A stretch of 64,000 nt of DNA from Zootoca vivipara (Eukaryota), in NCBI RefSeq assembly GCF_963506605.1, contig NC_083284.1, positions 24,924,001-24,988,000 on the forward strand, written 5' to 3'. Shown piece by piece: positions 1 through 13,479 of the stretch; position 1 is the first letter of the stretch; each line of letters opens with the position of its first letter. The position numbers were made by a program, and so were the translations under genes. Under the pieces are notes generated by a model. The model had not been told where the DNA came from. It ran no database searches and saw only the letters and a program-made list of their open reading frames with translations.

Positions 1-475
1 TTGGTTGATGATGTGACTTGCATAAGTTTGGGGCCAGACCAAACTAGGCAAGAGCCATGTTCTAGCATGGCAGGACCCAGGTGACTTTATTAATACATCT
101 TGGCCAATGAAGAAGCTGCTGGCCTCCAACTTGCTTTGGTTCGGGTGGCCAGAAGAATATGGTAGGTACTAGCTCATCAGAAGTCAGGTGATATAAGAGG
201 CCAATGGGGTTCCACCTGGTCAGATAAAGGAGTTGACTTTAGGCTGATTGGCCAGTCTGAATGGTTTCTGGACTGCTTGGCTCTGGGTTTGACTACTAGA
301 CATCACCATGAGTGGTGATTATGGGTACTGTGAACCAGGAGAAGAGAAACTCAGGTTTGGGGGGCAAATCTCCCTTTATCTGGCTTTATTTATCTGTTTT
401 CTGAGACTCTCTTCATGCCATACGATCCTCCCACATGCTATGCTTTGTACTTTGCTGTTTTTGCCTGGCTAGAAT

Positions 476-760
476 CATGGGCATAGCCAGGATTTTGTTA
501 TTGGGGGCGGACAGGACTTTTGTTAGGTGGGGCAGAACAGACGTGATTGGTCAATTAAGTATTTCTATTGTTTTACTTGATCTAGGATAGGCATCCCCAA
601 ACTGCGGCCCTCCAGATGTTTTGGCGTACAACTCCCACGATCCCTTGCTAAGAGGACCAGTGGTTGGGGAAGATGGGAATTGTAGTCCAAAACATCTGGA
701 GGGCTGAAGTTTGGGGATGCCTGATCTAGGAGAATAGCTGCCCCCCCTTGCTGGAATATA
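476..760. mobile_element. Non-autonomous hAT-like MITE (CATGGGC[A/G]TAGCCAGG end), interrupted by the 588-723 MITE
   Basis: Starts catgggcatagccaggattttgtt...ggggcag and resumes after 731 with gctgcccccccttgctgg. Right end is degenerate and approximate. Confidence 0.55.
588..723. mobile_element. ~136-bp palindromic hAT (Buster/Charlie-type, URR1-like) MITE
   Basis: Long TIRs (t/c)aggcatccccaaact...agtttggggatgcctg. Perfect 8-bp TSD atctagga at 580-587 and 724-731. Three near-identical copies elsewhere in the window. Confidence 0.9.
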
Positions 761-1294
761 TCATTGAACTCTGTCAATGCACCTTCCATGCCTGGTTGGA
801 GGAGAGGTGCAACAAAATGAAGTATTTCCTCATGGCATTCTCTCTTTCTGGCAGAGCATGCTAAAGAAATGCCAAATAATGGATTGGGAAGCATACACTC
901 AACAGCAGATTTCTACCTCCTGAAGGTGGTTGCAAGTCACTTTGGGTTGCCCTGTGCAAGATAAAGTGACAAAACAAACAAAAAACAAACAAACAAAAGC
1001 ATTAACATTTTGACCAGATTTTCTTCCCCTTACGATAGTCAAAATTATACTTTTATTTATTTATAAATGAGGTCTACCTTTCATATTTTGAGATCAATCA
1101 AAAGATATCAAAAATAATGAGATTTACATCAGTGAATTTTAGTTTTCTTCCACCTTGATATATTTGTCAAGGAAATGAATGCCAGTTTCAGTGATTCCCG
1201 AGAACTCCTTTTATCTGTGTGGTACATGAGTTTCAACATTCCTTGCTGGTGACTTGATCCACTGTTGAGTCCTGGCACTGGTATTAATAGTGTA

Positions 1295-1605
1295 AAAAGA
1301 CCCTACTGGATCAAACTGAAGGTTGATTGAGTCCAGCACGAGGCAATGGCCTCCTGCTGTTCCTCAGCAACTGGTCTTCAGAGGCATGCTGCCTCTGATA
1401 CAGTACTGAAGGTTGCATATAACCACCACGAGTCGCAATCATTGATAACCTTATCCTACATGAATGTGACTAATCCCCTTTCAAAGTCAACCAAGTTGAT
1501 GGTCACAAGCACATCTTGTGGTAACAAACATCACAGTTTCATGATGTGGTGTGTGCAGAAGTACTTATTTTTATCCATACTGAATATCCCACTACTCCTG
1601 TTCAT
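1295..1605 (-). mobile_element. CR1 LINE 3' fragment (end of ORF2 plus 3' UTR), degenerate
   Basis: Reverse complement resembles the CR1 3' end at 16350-16575 (aaataagtacttctgcacacac...aacttggttgactttgaaaggggattag..cattcatgtaggataagg). Confidence 0.7.
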
Positions 1606-1609
1606 TGGA

Positions 1610-1721
1610 TCATAGAACCAAAGAACTGTAGAGTTGCAAGCGACCCCAAGGATCATCTCTAGCCCAAACTCCTGCAATGCAGGATTCTTTTGCCCAACAT
1701 GGGGCTCAAACCTACAACCTG
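1610..1721 (-). mobile_element. Truncated tRNA-Lys-derived SINE with CR1-type tail
   Basis: Minus strand reads caggttgtaggtttgagccccatgttgggc, resembling the tRNA-Lys(CTT) 3' half CAGGGTCGTGGGTTCGAGCCCCACGTTGGGCG. It is followed by a CR1-like tail (gatgatcc...gcaactctacagttctttggttctatg). Confidence 0.65.
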
Positions 1722-2039
1722 GATGGCTCCACTTCTCAGATTTTTATTAATGGTCAACAAGTAGCTTAGGTAGTGGCTCTTAGGATTTCTTAATACAGTA
1801 GTTTTTCCTTAACCTGCTTTAATTACACCTCTGTCTTCTACAAGAGTAGTTAAAAAGAGTCAATTTTCTTCATTCTTCCAGCAGATACAGTAGTTAGGGA
1901 TTGAATGGAGATCTTAATCTGTCAGCAGCTTTGAATGTGGTAGCAGGTAGGGATAACTGTTCTAGTTTACTTAATTAAACAATACGTTCCATATATGGTC
2001 TTGTGTACATGATGCAATTTGACAGTTTGTACATACGAT

Positions 2040-2205
2040 TAAGTGTTTCACTGAGTGAGACCACTGGTCCATCTAACTCAGTATTGTCTACTCTGAATGG
2101 CCTCTCAGCCCAGGCTACCTGGGATTAATGAGAAAGTTCATGGATTGAACCTGGGATTTTCTGCATGCAAACCATGTCCTCTGCCAGTGAGCTCTGATTT
2201 TCCCC
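2040..2205 (-). mobile_element. tRNA-derived squamate SINE (Squam3-like) remnant
   Basis: Minus strand has a tRNA-like head (agctcactggcagaggacatggtttgcatgcagaaaatcccaggttcaatcc) and the tail gtagacaatactgagttagatggaccagtggtctcactcagt shared with 60950-61040 and 62100-62205. Confidence 0.6.
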
Positions 2206-2969
2206 ACTATGAGAAGAACAGCATGAAAAAGATAAGCTTTAGTGTGACCAATGATGTAACAATGGCTTGAACTTAATGAGAGAATATGGCTAGCTTTAAA
2301 ATCCATTGTGGGTTAAAGTTTAGGAAACTCTTTGAAAAGCAATCATAGCGCAGTTATGCCATTTCAAATAAATTTACTTGTTTCACAGCAGAAATGATTT
2401 AACTTTATCCAAAAGACACTTCTAAGAGAGCAAGTGGCACAGAATACAATGGGACTGACTTCTGAGTAAACATGTATATATTTGCATAGGATTGAGTTGT
2501 TAGTAGAATTGTATTAGCAAGTAAAGAGAAAGGGACTGCTTAAATGAAATGAAAATTAACCCAGAGAAACAAGAACTCCATATATAATGATACAGGGGCA
2601 CATCCTGCTCTGATGAACGAGATCATAAAAACAATCGAATCCTATGCAAGTTTGGTTGATTGGACATTCAGTCTCTCTGAATGTGTTTGCTTACTTATTT
2701 CAAATATTTATATGGCACCTTTCAGGTCAGGGTAAAACATGTCAGAACATGCCTGGGAGGCACACCTCTCCGGGCATCTTCCTTGTGAAGCGCAGCCCAG
2801 GATGTTCATAAACCTTCAGTCCCGATGCGCACCAGCAACACATATCTGAAGATATGTGCCCACTCACTCATCAGAGTATAGCAGAAACGATGTGGAGCTT
2901 AGGTGTGTCATTCTAAGTAATTTATTAAGCAATATATACAGGACAAAGCAATCATGGCATCTTTTCACA

Positions 2970-3270
2970 CAGGGCCAGTGCGTCCATTTAGGCGGACTAG
3001 GCCATTGCCTAGGGTGCGAAAATGGAGGGGGCGCTGCCGAGCCTGCCCCGCAATACCCCCGTTCCGCCGCCGCCCGCTCGCTCGCTGAGGAGCTCACAGC
3101 GTCCCCTCCACAGGCGGGAGGAGGGCGAGCCAAAAGGAGAGCTCAGCGCCCTCCCGCCTATGGAGGGGACGCAGGGGCATCAGCGGTGTGCGTGCGTCAT
3201 GACACATGCGCCCGGGGAGCGCCAGAAGGTATTTTTGTCTAGGGCGCAAAAAGCCCTAGCACCGCTCCTG
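2970..3270. mobile_element. GC/CpG-rich non-autonomous hAT MITE
   Basis: Ends cagggccagtgc...gcaccgctcctg. 8-bp TSD ttttcaca (2962-2969) / ctttcaca (3271-3278). Explains the spurious GC-rich ORFs at 2856-3411. Confidence 0.75.
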
Positions 3271-3283
3271 CTTTCACATCTTC

Positions 3284-3287
<4 letters not shown>

Positions 3288-3332
<45 letters not shown>
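3288..3332. repeat. (GA)n microsatellite
   Basis: Direct observation. Confidence 0.98.
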
Positions 3333-3336
<4 letters not shown>

Positions 3337-3659
3337 CAACACAGCAGAAGAGATAAGACTGACTTCCATTCTCACACTTTCCAAACCTGGAAAATAAACA
3401 CAGATATGTGATGTAACAACCCCATATCTAGCAACGGGAGAATGAAAATGCTTAAAAAACCCTCCCAAAGCAGCTTGCTTAGATCAAAAGCACAATACAG
3501 CAAATTTAAAAAGAAAATGTATTTTTTTTATAAAAAAGTTACAATATTGTGACATTAACCAGTTAAAATAAATACTGTGTACCACATCCTAAAAAACCAA
3601 CTGTTTGAAATAATAAAAATGTTTCCAGGATCTGTTCAAAGTACTGTATAGTCAAAACC

Positions 3660-3815
3660 ATGCATATATATTCAGGGAAGAAGTTCTACCAATCTGGGGC
3701 CAGTATCAAGAAGGCCTTGTCTCTCATGCACATCAGTCAAAGGTCTCTTGATGTTGGGCTCACAAACAAGATCTCTGAGGTCAATCTCAAGACCTGGGCA
3801 GGTTCAAATGGGTGC
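3660..3815 (-). mobile_element. Degenerate L2 LINE fragment (C-terminal ORF2 region)
   Basis: gggaagaagttctaccaatctggggccagtatcaagaaggcc parallels ggaagggcgttccacaaggtgggtgccactaccgagaaggcc in the 27015-28023 L2 copy. Confidence 0.5.
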
Positions 3816-4873
3816 AAAGAACCTGGTGCCAATGGGTTCCATGGGACTTATGCTGAGGTAAGTGGGTTCTGGATTGCAGCTTGTCAACTGATGACTTTAA
3901 TGAAACTACTTTTTTGTTGGAGGTGAGCAGGACGTGATGTGCTGTTTTAAAAGCTGACACTATTCCATGGAGACAGTTGTGGAAGAGAACTGTAATTCTC
4001 CCTTTCACTGTACATTGAAAGGGATAAAACATTAAGCGCCAATTGGGAAAAGCACTCTTTTAAGGGCAAATTCAGTGGCATGCAGTAGATTGCTTTTTGT
4101 CTGGGAGCTTTGCCAAGTTCTTTTACTCCCTATAATATACCATGTCAAAAAGTTGGCTCTTTATTATACAGTATTCTTTTCCTTTTTTTTTTTTGAAAAT
4201 GTGTTTCATCTGGAAGCAAAATGGTACATTTGCTTCTCCCGTGGAATACTCCTTTGCAAATTGCACTAGGTTTCATTTGGCAGCAAAATAGTAAATTTAC
4301 TTTGCTGGCTGAATATGGCTTTCAAATCTTTTACTTTTATATGAATCCGTTCTGGCACCATCTGTCAAAACAATACACTTAAATGCTTTTAGAAAACATT
4401 TTTCTGATTAAATTTATTATGTGATGTCTTTGTATTTATGGTAGACTTAATGTGATAATATAGATAAAATAGCTCTCAATGACATGGTAGTTATCTGATA
4501 AAAGTGTGTGTTTTTGTGCTTCACTGGGGCACCTATCTGAAAATGGATTGTGGTGAAATAACGTATAGCACCCAACTGAAAGACACTTGAGAGAAACGTT
4601 TTCTAAAATAGCTTTCATTCTCCCAGGAAAGGGAGATTTAGGTCTTGATTTTGCAAACATTTACTTGCAGCAACAACAGTTATTTTAGCTAAGTCTTACA
4701 CAAGCTTTTTTTCCAGGATAGGATTGTTCATAATCATATTGTGGTGGGAACAACCAACCAACTATCCCTTACATAGGTAACCATGTCTTAAACTGTTTTG
4801 TAGCAGAGAGGGTCATGGGATGAAGCCTTTAAATCAAGAATAAGGTTACTTTTGCCTTGGAACAGTTACTTCA

Positions 4874-5291
4874 TAGGGTTGGACTAATCTGTCAGCTTGG
4901 TTCCCCAAAGTTTCTCATTTTTTCCAGTCTTAAATTAAAATCTCTACATTTCTGCAGCAATTTGTCATTTTTATAAAGGAAAAAAAATGTTGCAAGCATT
5001 TTCCTGCAAATGTCTCATAAAAAACTTTTTTTGTAGTCAGTTTTGACAAAAGCATGTTGTTTTGAAAGCAGCTTTTGTATTATTTTCACTAAAATATGCA
5101 TTTAAAACTCATTCCCGTAATATATACATTTTGTGCATATTGTTTGGTTGGAAAAACTGCGTCAGAAAATTTCAGGAAGTGTGCATTTGGAAGGATAGCT
5201 GTGTTTTGGTTTGCGTATTGGTTCAAAAAGTGTGAATTTGGGCAGTTTTCCATTAATATGCAAACAAAATCAAATTTCTGTTCCATCTCTA
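4874..5291 (-). mobile_element. AT-rich ~450-500 bp TIR element (TAGGGATG-type ends, hAT-like MITE family)
   Basis: Ends taggg...ccatctcta. Homologous to 13480-13915, 32225-32724, 47521-47940, 52540-52812 and 55681-56191. Confidence 0.7.
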
Positions 5292-5764
5292 TTACTAGTA
5301 AATTTTGAAATCTTAAATATCTTCCCTGTTGCCCCTGGAACTGCTCCTCTCAAAACAGGCATTGCTAATATGTTTGCTGGGGAACTCATCTATTGCATCC
5401 ATATTTGGCTTATACGTTTTTTTCCAACTCCTGTTCTTGGCTGTCAGTACATGTCTCTTCTCTCTCACTTTGAGGTTAGCTGAAATGCTCCATTGCTTCA
5501 CCCATACAACTCTCAGGAGTGACTGTCTAGCTTTGGGCTCTGGGCTGCTGGCTGCTGTTACAACAGGTTTCACATTTTGAGTGAGATGTAGAAAACTGTT
5601 CCATTTTCGGTGCTTTTAGTCATCTCTTTGCACTATATGCGTTGCAAATCTCAACTTTCTATCTGTTGGAGAAATATCTCTAGCCTGCCTCATTGAAAAA
5701 ATTCATTTGCTCTGCTTCCTTTCTTAATACGCAAGTCTTTCTGAAGTTTTGCTTACGTCATTTC

Positions 5765-6079
5765 CAGGACTGGTCCATGATATTTTGCCGCCTGAGGCAA
5801 AAGACAAAATGGCGCCTCTCCCTGTTCCATGTTGAGAAGCCACCTGAATTGGCAGCTGGCTCTTACTTCGATACTGATGACAGGTTAGTGCTCTCCTCTA
5901 CACCTGAAGCATCAGGCAAGTTAGAGCACCTGGCCAGGCTGTGCAGCTGATACAGCTCTCTTCTTCAGCAGAGGTCAAATCTGAGTGCTCAGGAGCTACA
6001 GCCACTGCTACCTCCACTCTCTAAGCAGCTGCTGCCTGAGGCAGGTGCCTCACTTTGCTTAACGATAGGGCTGGCCCTT
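5765..6079. mobile_element. hAT-like MITE, CAGGGCCGGCCC-type TIR family
   Basis: caggactggtcc...gggctggccct. TSD gtcatttc/ttcatttt (6/8). Internal attttgccgcctgaggc motif shared with the copies starting at 17174, 24390, 42937 and 57297. Confidence 0.7.
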
Positions 6080-9000
6080 TTCATTTTGTTTCATGCTCAA
6101 GGTATATTTAAAGTTCTAATTTGGTGAGGATGCTGCAGTTTAAGATGCTTATTCTTATGGTCAGTCTAGGCCTGTACAATTATAAGACACAAACAAAGCC
6201 AAAATCACCCGGAATTGTAAGAAAAGTCTACCAAAAAACAACCCCCCCAAACCAAGACTAATGTGGTATTGGGGGTGGGGTGGGGTCTGAACATGCCATG
6301 ATGGTTTGGGTGGTGATTATTTATTTTCCCATGGATCTCAATGGGAATAATCTCCCAATCAACGCTGCTGTTTATTCCTCTCTTCCACAGTACAAATCCC
6401 ACACATGTCCATTATGAGGAACAGAGTTTTCTCCACAGCAGGGCTGGGTAGATTGCATCAAATGGGTCAGCTGCTTTGCAGCTGGAGACCTCTGGTAACT
6501 CTAACCTCATCCTTTGCATTCTTGCGATGGATTGATATCTCAAACGTCTCATCCTCCTTTGTTTCTCTTTAATGCTTCTATCATCAAGGCTAAACCATTG
6601 TCGCTTTGTGCAGTAATGTGAGGAAATACTGCTTCTGTTCAATGTAAATCTCAATTTTAGTCTATCATTGAGTTTTAAGGTAACATAAGACTCAAATAGC
6701 ATTCAGATTTGAAGAAAGATCTTCCCTTAAGCTTAGAGTTTTAAATCATTGATCTGTTGTATTTATTAGAGGTATTATATAGTTGAATCAATTTTAAGTA
6801 TTTGACAAATGTTTTTTTGAGACTAAAGCATGTCTGCATATCCTTGCTGGAATAAAAGAAAAGGATTGTGCTAATTCGTCACATACTGTTTGAAAAACCC
6901 TTTTGGAGGAGGTGTGGGTTAGAATATCAATGCTTTGCCTGTAGGATGCCATGGCTTGGATAGAGATTTGTTTAAATCACCAGAGATAAAGATGTGAACA
7001 TTTTTTCCTCTTGCCTCTGCCCCCCCCATTTTTTACATTCCTTACAAGATGGCTCCATGCCCCCTCAAAGAGGATAAACACCCACATTTTACCTCATAGT
7101 TATTTATTCAGTCAATCAATAAATCAATCAATCATTATTTTGCCTTTCCACTTTATTTCTAAAGTGTACCGGTGACAGGGTTTGAGAGGGGACATGTCTC
7201 AGGGGCAGACTGTAGAAGGCCTTAGATCCAAAGCCCTGCCATTCCCCAGACATGTTCACAAAATGGCATAAAGCGACATCATATCTGGAGCTGGCCTGAC
7301 TGATATCCATTGAGAAGGAATTAAGCAAAATGGAAAAGGGTCTCCTGGAAAAAACAAACAAAAAACAGCCCCACTTTTCACTATGACCAGAACAAGCTAG
7401 TTGGGCTTAGGAAATAGCAGTTACTCCACCAGGTGATCTCCTCTCCATGCCATTTTAGGATTTTTCAGGATGCTGGTTAGGCCAAAGATCTCCTGAATCA
7501 ACAGGGTCTTCACACAGCATTTGAACTAGTGAGATGCTGAAGTCTGTCCTGTTTCTTCCATTCTTTGTGAACAAGGCTTCGATTTTCCTGCCTCATTCTC
7601 AAGGAACTTGAGTGTTCCTTTAGAGTTTCGGCCAGTGTGGGCTTTAGAGGTTGCAAGGTGGCTCAGGGGTGTTTTCCCCACTTCTAGTAAACATTTCTCC
7701 AGTACTCTGTACCCCCCTGGCTGCATGCCCTTCTTGATATGAAAAAAGCCCCTTGGGTGGACTTGCCTCATGATGTCTTTCCCTGGAATTCCCATCCCTC
7801 AATCAATCAGCATTCCATGACCATGGAGGATATTTGGCCTCCATTGGGCTGTTTTTTTGGGTGTTTCTCTTCCCCCCCAAAGAGTTTTTTGTACTTCTTC
7901 AAACCTTGGGTTCTCTCAAGCCTGTTGATACTTCCCTTTTGAGTACTGGTAGTGGAGTTTTGGCTACAGATGGAACAGTATTTGGATAACTGAGTTTGCT
8001 TGCTATTCATGAATTATCCCTGAGGTGCAAATGGTTTTTGCTGGTTCACAAATGCAGGTTTCATAATCACTTAACACTATCTTGCATGTGTGAATGTGCC
8101 CTCACAGCCACTACTTTCATATCGCCTCAGGCAAGCGCTTTGCATGGAGTTAATTTTCACCTTCAACTGCGAGTCATTAAGTGATAAGAAGTCAAGTTAT
8201 GAATGATGTATATATGAACTAGTCTTTTGTTTCTTGGCAAACACAAAACATTGGCTTTTTTGCATTAGTAGCTTTCTCCTCTCACAGAAGGTAGGCCCGT
8301 TTTAGCCTGAGATTAATTTTTTCCTGTGACATTTGGGATGAATGGCTCAGCAGAACAAATTATTCAGTATGTTTTAGTTTCAAGCTTCTAAAGTGGAATT
8401 CAGGTTTTAACATCAGGATCCAATTAGCTGATAGTTGGATCTGACTGAAAAAATAAATAAACGGTCCAGAAGAGAAACTGTGTAGTATCTGTTGATGGTA
8501 TTTTTGTGTGTGTTTTTATTTAGAGCCGTCCTGTTTCAAATATAAATCTGGACATTGCCCAGCAAAAAATAAAACTGTGTATCCCATTCAACAGCTGAAC
8601 ACACGGTCACACCCAAGTATATGACTATCTTATTGAACAATTGGTTCTTTGCTCTAGGCTGTGAGTTGATGCTTGCCAGCATCTATGAACTTGGCCGCAA
8701 CTGTGGTGGGATAATGCTGTGAAAGATTCTCCAGCTACTGATCTTTTGTCCTTTGGAGGGAATGTGATTTGTGCCTTTCCAAATAGCTGCTCTGCAAATT
8801 CATCATCCATAGTAACTGTTAACCACAGTGAACCTCTGTTTACATACTTTTCAGGTAATGTTGATTCCTCTCCCTTCCCTCCCTGTTCCTGTTAAACAGA
8901 TAGACATAGAACCAGTATCATGTCTAACTAGCATATTTACCACTACTTCACATGATGCATAATAGTGGCTTAGAGAACAACAATGCAGGGGGTCTCCTTT

Positions 9001-9292
9001 TATACTGGACAAAATGCTTATGGCTACCATAAGACATCAACAGGTTTATGTTTTTCTAAGCTTTTATCCTTACACAAACACACCACACAGCCTCGGAACG
9101 TACAATTAGCATAAGATTATCAGGACTGAAAAAGAAGAACATTAATTTTCATTTTCTATTTTTTCTTCTCCTCTGTCTTTCCCCCCAAACATATTGATTT
9201 TGAAGAAACAATCTAGTTCCTTTGTGCACAATTCCCCCCATCTCTGCTACACTACAGAATAAGTATCCTGCTGCACACTGGAATAAACTCTG

Positions 9293-9294
<2 letters not shown>

Positions 9295-9344
<50 letters not shown>
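9295..9344. repeat. (CA)n microsatellite
   Basis: Direct observation. Confidence 0.98.
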
Positions 9345-9346
<2 letters not shown>

Positions 9347-10169
9347 GCTGTAGCCACAGCAGTGAAAACAGTGAAAACAGGCAACATATATTTTTTCAAT
9401 AAAAGATTCTCTTTTGGGAAATCTTTTGCCAATCCCAAGGACCTTTTTACACATTATATTTTAGGTGTAAAAAAAGAAGTAAAGTATGAATGTGATAAAC
9501 TGCTCAATGAAAATGCATGTACTATGCTGGTACCCGGTACAGAGTAGAAAACCAGTATTGATTGGTTGTGGCTCCTGATTTGAATGAGTGGAAAACCTAG
9601 ATCTGTTATAATGTATGCAACAGACACTGCCCCCTTAAGACTCAAGGAGCCACCATCCATTGCTACTCTAAGAGACCCACAAATTCCCATGCTAAGTGTT
9701 TCATCCAGTTCCCTTATCCCAAGTCACACAAGTTTGTACTACCATAGTAGGGATGGACATCCTTTAGTGTATAGAGGATGAATACTAGCCCTAGAGTCTG
9801 GCCTTAATGCCAGTGGAAGGCCAGCACCTGTAACCTTGCATTAGTACTGGTACCCAGTTGTCAAATCCTATGGGCTTACATGCTTGCACTGTGGCTCACA
9901 AGATCAAAATCCCTTAAGCATTGTTTTCAAAGGAGAATGGTTACCAGGTTTTTGTTCGGCATAAGCAGCTGTTCATAGTAAGCACATAAAATCTAAGTCG
10001 GGTGCATTGTATATGGAATATTAATGTAGCACTTTGCATTCTTTATCACAGTCACCCTTGTGATGACCTTGTAAGGCACGTCAATATTCTTATGCCCATA
10101 TTACAGAAGTGCGCCTGAAAGAAACAGGCTTGATAATGGCTATGAAAGCTGAAATTTCAGAACTTGGGA

Positions 10170-10170
10170 A

Positions 10171-10210
<40 letters not shown>
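10170..10210. repeat. (ATT)n microsatellite
   Basis: Direct observation. Confidence 0.97.
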
Positions 10211-10969
10211 GAACTAGTTCAAGCTCAAGATGTCAAAAATGAACTAATTCCAGTTCATCTTCATCCCTTTACAAAACCAGTTCATGTTCAGTTCCCAGTT
10301 TAATTCATATTTTTGCTCCATATTTTCCCAAAATTCAGAGTGTTACAAGCTGCACCACAAAATATACTCAAGAACACTAATAAAATATCAAAACACACAT
10401 AGAAAGTGGAGTGTGAATTGTTTAATTTATTCCCCCCAACAATTATGATCTTTACGCCTAAAGGGTCAAAGAGTTTCAAGAGTTAAAGAGCACATGTAAA
10501 CGAATTACTAAGCTGAAGATGAACTAGAAATTGTTCAAAGTTATATCCCCAAATGTAATCAATGCTAAACTATGCTAAACAATGCTAAACAAATGCAAGT
10601 TAAGAAGTAAATGGTGGGGGCAAGGGCTGAGTTTTATACCCCCATAACTTAATTCACATTCAGTATTCCCAGAAATGATGAGAACTTTTGGGTGTAGTTA
10701 AGAGATTGTTGAACTAATTCAATGGACTTTGTTAAACCGAACTTGTTCATTCCAAGCTCCATACAATCCTATACATGCTTATATAGAATCCTATACATGC
10801 TTACAAACTCCTGATGAACTCAGTGGGACTCACATTGTGTAGATATGCATAGGATTACAATGCTTATGGATTCACTTTGAATGTTTAAAATGGGACTTGT
10901 GCTCCTAACCATGAAATGCTCCCTCTGTGTTTTCCACTCATTTTTCTCTTCTCCCCACCACCCCAATCA

Positions 10970-11104
10970 NNNNNNNNNNNNNNNNNNNNNNNNNNNNNNN
11001 NNNNNNNNNNNNNNNNNNNNNNNNNNNNNNNNNNNNNNNNNNNNNNNNNNNNNNNNNNNNNNNNNNNNNNNNNNNNNNNNNNNNNNNNNNNNNNNNNNNN
11101 NNNN
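10970..11104. other. Assembly gap (135 N)
   Basis: Run of N. Confidence 0.99.
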
Positions 11105-11275
11105 TGTGATTTCTCTAAAAACGGAAGCGCAACACTAAAAATGGAAGCTCAGGACTCAGGACATGTTCAACTTCCCAAAAAAATTGGAGAACTGGAATGC
11201 TCACGTCCGGGTTTGCAACGTCCGGGTTCTAAGTTGTTTGTGAATTAGGCTGTTCAAGAACCAAGGTACCACTGT
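11105..11275. mobile_element. Right part of a Tigger/pogo-type (Tc1-mariner superfamily) MITE; left part probably lost in the gap
   Basis: Ends gttcaagaaccaaggtaccactg|ta, the same TIR plus TA as 51128-51474. Confidence 0.65.
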
Positions 11276-13479
11276 ATGAAGGACAAACATGGAACTTCTA
11301 GTACAGTTCTGCAGCTGATGCCCCCTGAAACAAGTGTTTTGCACCAAAAGGCAGTGAAGGTTCTGCTTTCAAGTTGGCTACAGCTCAAGTACATCCGTAA
11401 TTAATTTGCTTGCTACATTTAATCAGCCAGTCTTTTAGCCAACTGTGATTTCATGGCTTGTGATTACAGTCATATTTTGTAATTAAATTACTTTATCACT
11501 ACTAGGAAATCTTTCAATGTTTGCAAAGGATAAATTTGTCTTCACTCTGAAATTTTACTGCAATAAATACAAACTGTTTGGGATATATTTTTGATTTTTT
11601 AAATTTAATTAATTGCTCTAATCCCTTCAATAAAAACAGGTTGAATATGTCTGTCCTTATGTGCGTAAAACTCCCACCAAAGGTGGCTTGATTATTGTGA
11701 GACCCAAGAACAGCTAGTGTGTTGAAATCTTTGCCCAGCAGAATTAAAGACAAAGAAAATGCCTCTGTAGGGTTCAAGCTAAAACATTTTGAATAATAAT
11801 TAATAACTTGGCACATGATTATTTAATAACTTAGCTGAAGCTCTAATTTGATCTCATTTCAGCCATGAATTCTCTAGGTGTCAAGGTTTAGCCATAGACA
11901 GCTGTCAGAGGTGAGCCAGGAGCCAGGAAATAGGAGACACACAGAAAAACCAGGAAGCCCCACCCCCAATATCCTTGTGTGTGTTGCCTACACACCCAAC
12001 TCAGTCCCTGACCTTCTCCCACTGTTGCATGGGGAAGGCTTGCATTAGGTTCCTAGTCACAATCACATGGAACACAAGATGGATCCTCTGCATGGATGGG
12101 GACCCTCATTGCACAGAGGGTTCTAGTCTTGTTCCAATGAATGTGAGTCAAGTTTCTTTGCAGACCTTCCCACACAGCACAGGACTGTCAGGGACTTGCC
12201 TGATATGGATGAAGAACATGAAGACTTTTGAAGCAAGGCAGCTGCTGCCCACACTTAGAGTGTTCATGGGCTCGGTAAAATGCCCAAACATGCCTCTTGT
12301 TGCTTAGACAAGCCTAAACAAGAAACATTTTATATTCTTTCCTACACAGAAAGGAGCCAGTGGGCAACCTGGGTGGGTGAAGCCCAACCAGTCCAGGGCC
12401 TGAGAATATTTCACTGCCAGGAAGATGTGCCAAGATGCAGTTCTGATAGTTCTCCACCTAGGGAAGCCACACCAAGTATTGAAGGTATCTGATTCTAGCT
12501 TTGGAAGTTCCCGAAGCACTGTAGATTTTGGCAAGCCACTAGATGCACACTCCATGTGCAATATGGGAATAAATAGTAACAGTAAGAATGAAAGTTGTAT
12601 AGATGTTGTGGATAATCTACATGCAGCTCTTTGCATTCTCACTAAACGCAAAGAGTTGGAATATTATTCACTCTCCATATATAGGCACTAACACAACTGC
12701 TTCAGCATATTGGGACTTGGTGAAGTTGGCTGAATATTGTAAAGAGAAGGGAAGTTGGATGTGATATTAAATGAGTCCTTGCCAGAATTGTTAAAGTTTT
12801 TTAAAAAACGAAAATTGCATCAAGTAAGTGTGTGTGTGTATGTGTGTGTGCGCGTGCGAGAAAGAGAGAGAGGGGGGGACAAGATATCATTTTGGGTTCT
12901 TGTGTTTCTTTATATAATCAGCAATGGTGGAGGATGATAATTAACTGGATCAGAACAAACATGGAGGGAATATAACCCTTTCCTTCCTTGACATGGTCCT
13001 GAGGAAATTCCCTCCTCTGCATCTCCCCCAACCCTGGTTAGAGCTTACTGATGAACAGGACCACATAAGCACATTGAAACAATAATAATTGCATCAGCGG
13101 CCTAAATGAACGAAGTCCAGAAATGAGAGATACAGCAATGTATGAATGTATCAGTATTATTTTGCAAAGCAAGTCATTTTCAACACCAAAATACAGAGGG
13201 AAGTTTGAATGAGGAGAATTATGTAAATAAATCTACCTTGCAATTGTGTCTGAAACCAGTCACCCCTATGCTTAGTGAGTGACTGTCTCCACACATTAGG
13301 AGCAGTCATGTGATTGAATCACACTTTGTTTGGCATGGTGTTTTCCTTGCATATCCCATGCTGGTTCCCTTATCCCTCCTCCACAATGCCTTATCTCAGC
13401 TTTTTGTGCATCCCTGGGAGAAAGTGCAAAGGAATGGGGAAGCGAGTCAAGGCAAAGGCTAGGAAAGGGCAAATCTGAC

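Noticed and set aside
1690-1721. tRNA-Lys-like sequence
   Set aside because: Only the 3' half, mutated and fused to a CR1 tail. It is a SINE head, not a tRNA gene.
2856-3468. Overlapping GC-rich ORFs / apparent CpG island
   Set aside because: Explained by a TSD-flanked hAT MITE and a (GA)n microsatellite.
8625-8888. Minus-strand open frame of 87 codons after a tttaacag acceptor (EQGGKGEESTLPEK...MDDEFAEQLFGK...)
   Set aside because: No recognisable homology, a weak pyrimidine tract and no partner exon. Length is within chance for 64 kb.
12350-12484. Possible + strand exon (cctacacag|...gaag|gtatct)
   Set aside because: Weak donor and unrecognised peptide. The region resembles purine-rich LTR remnants.
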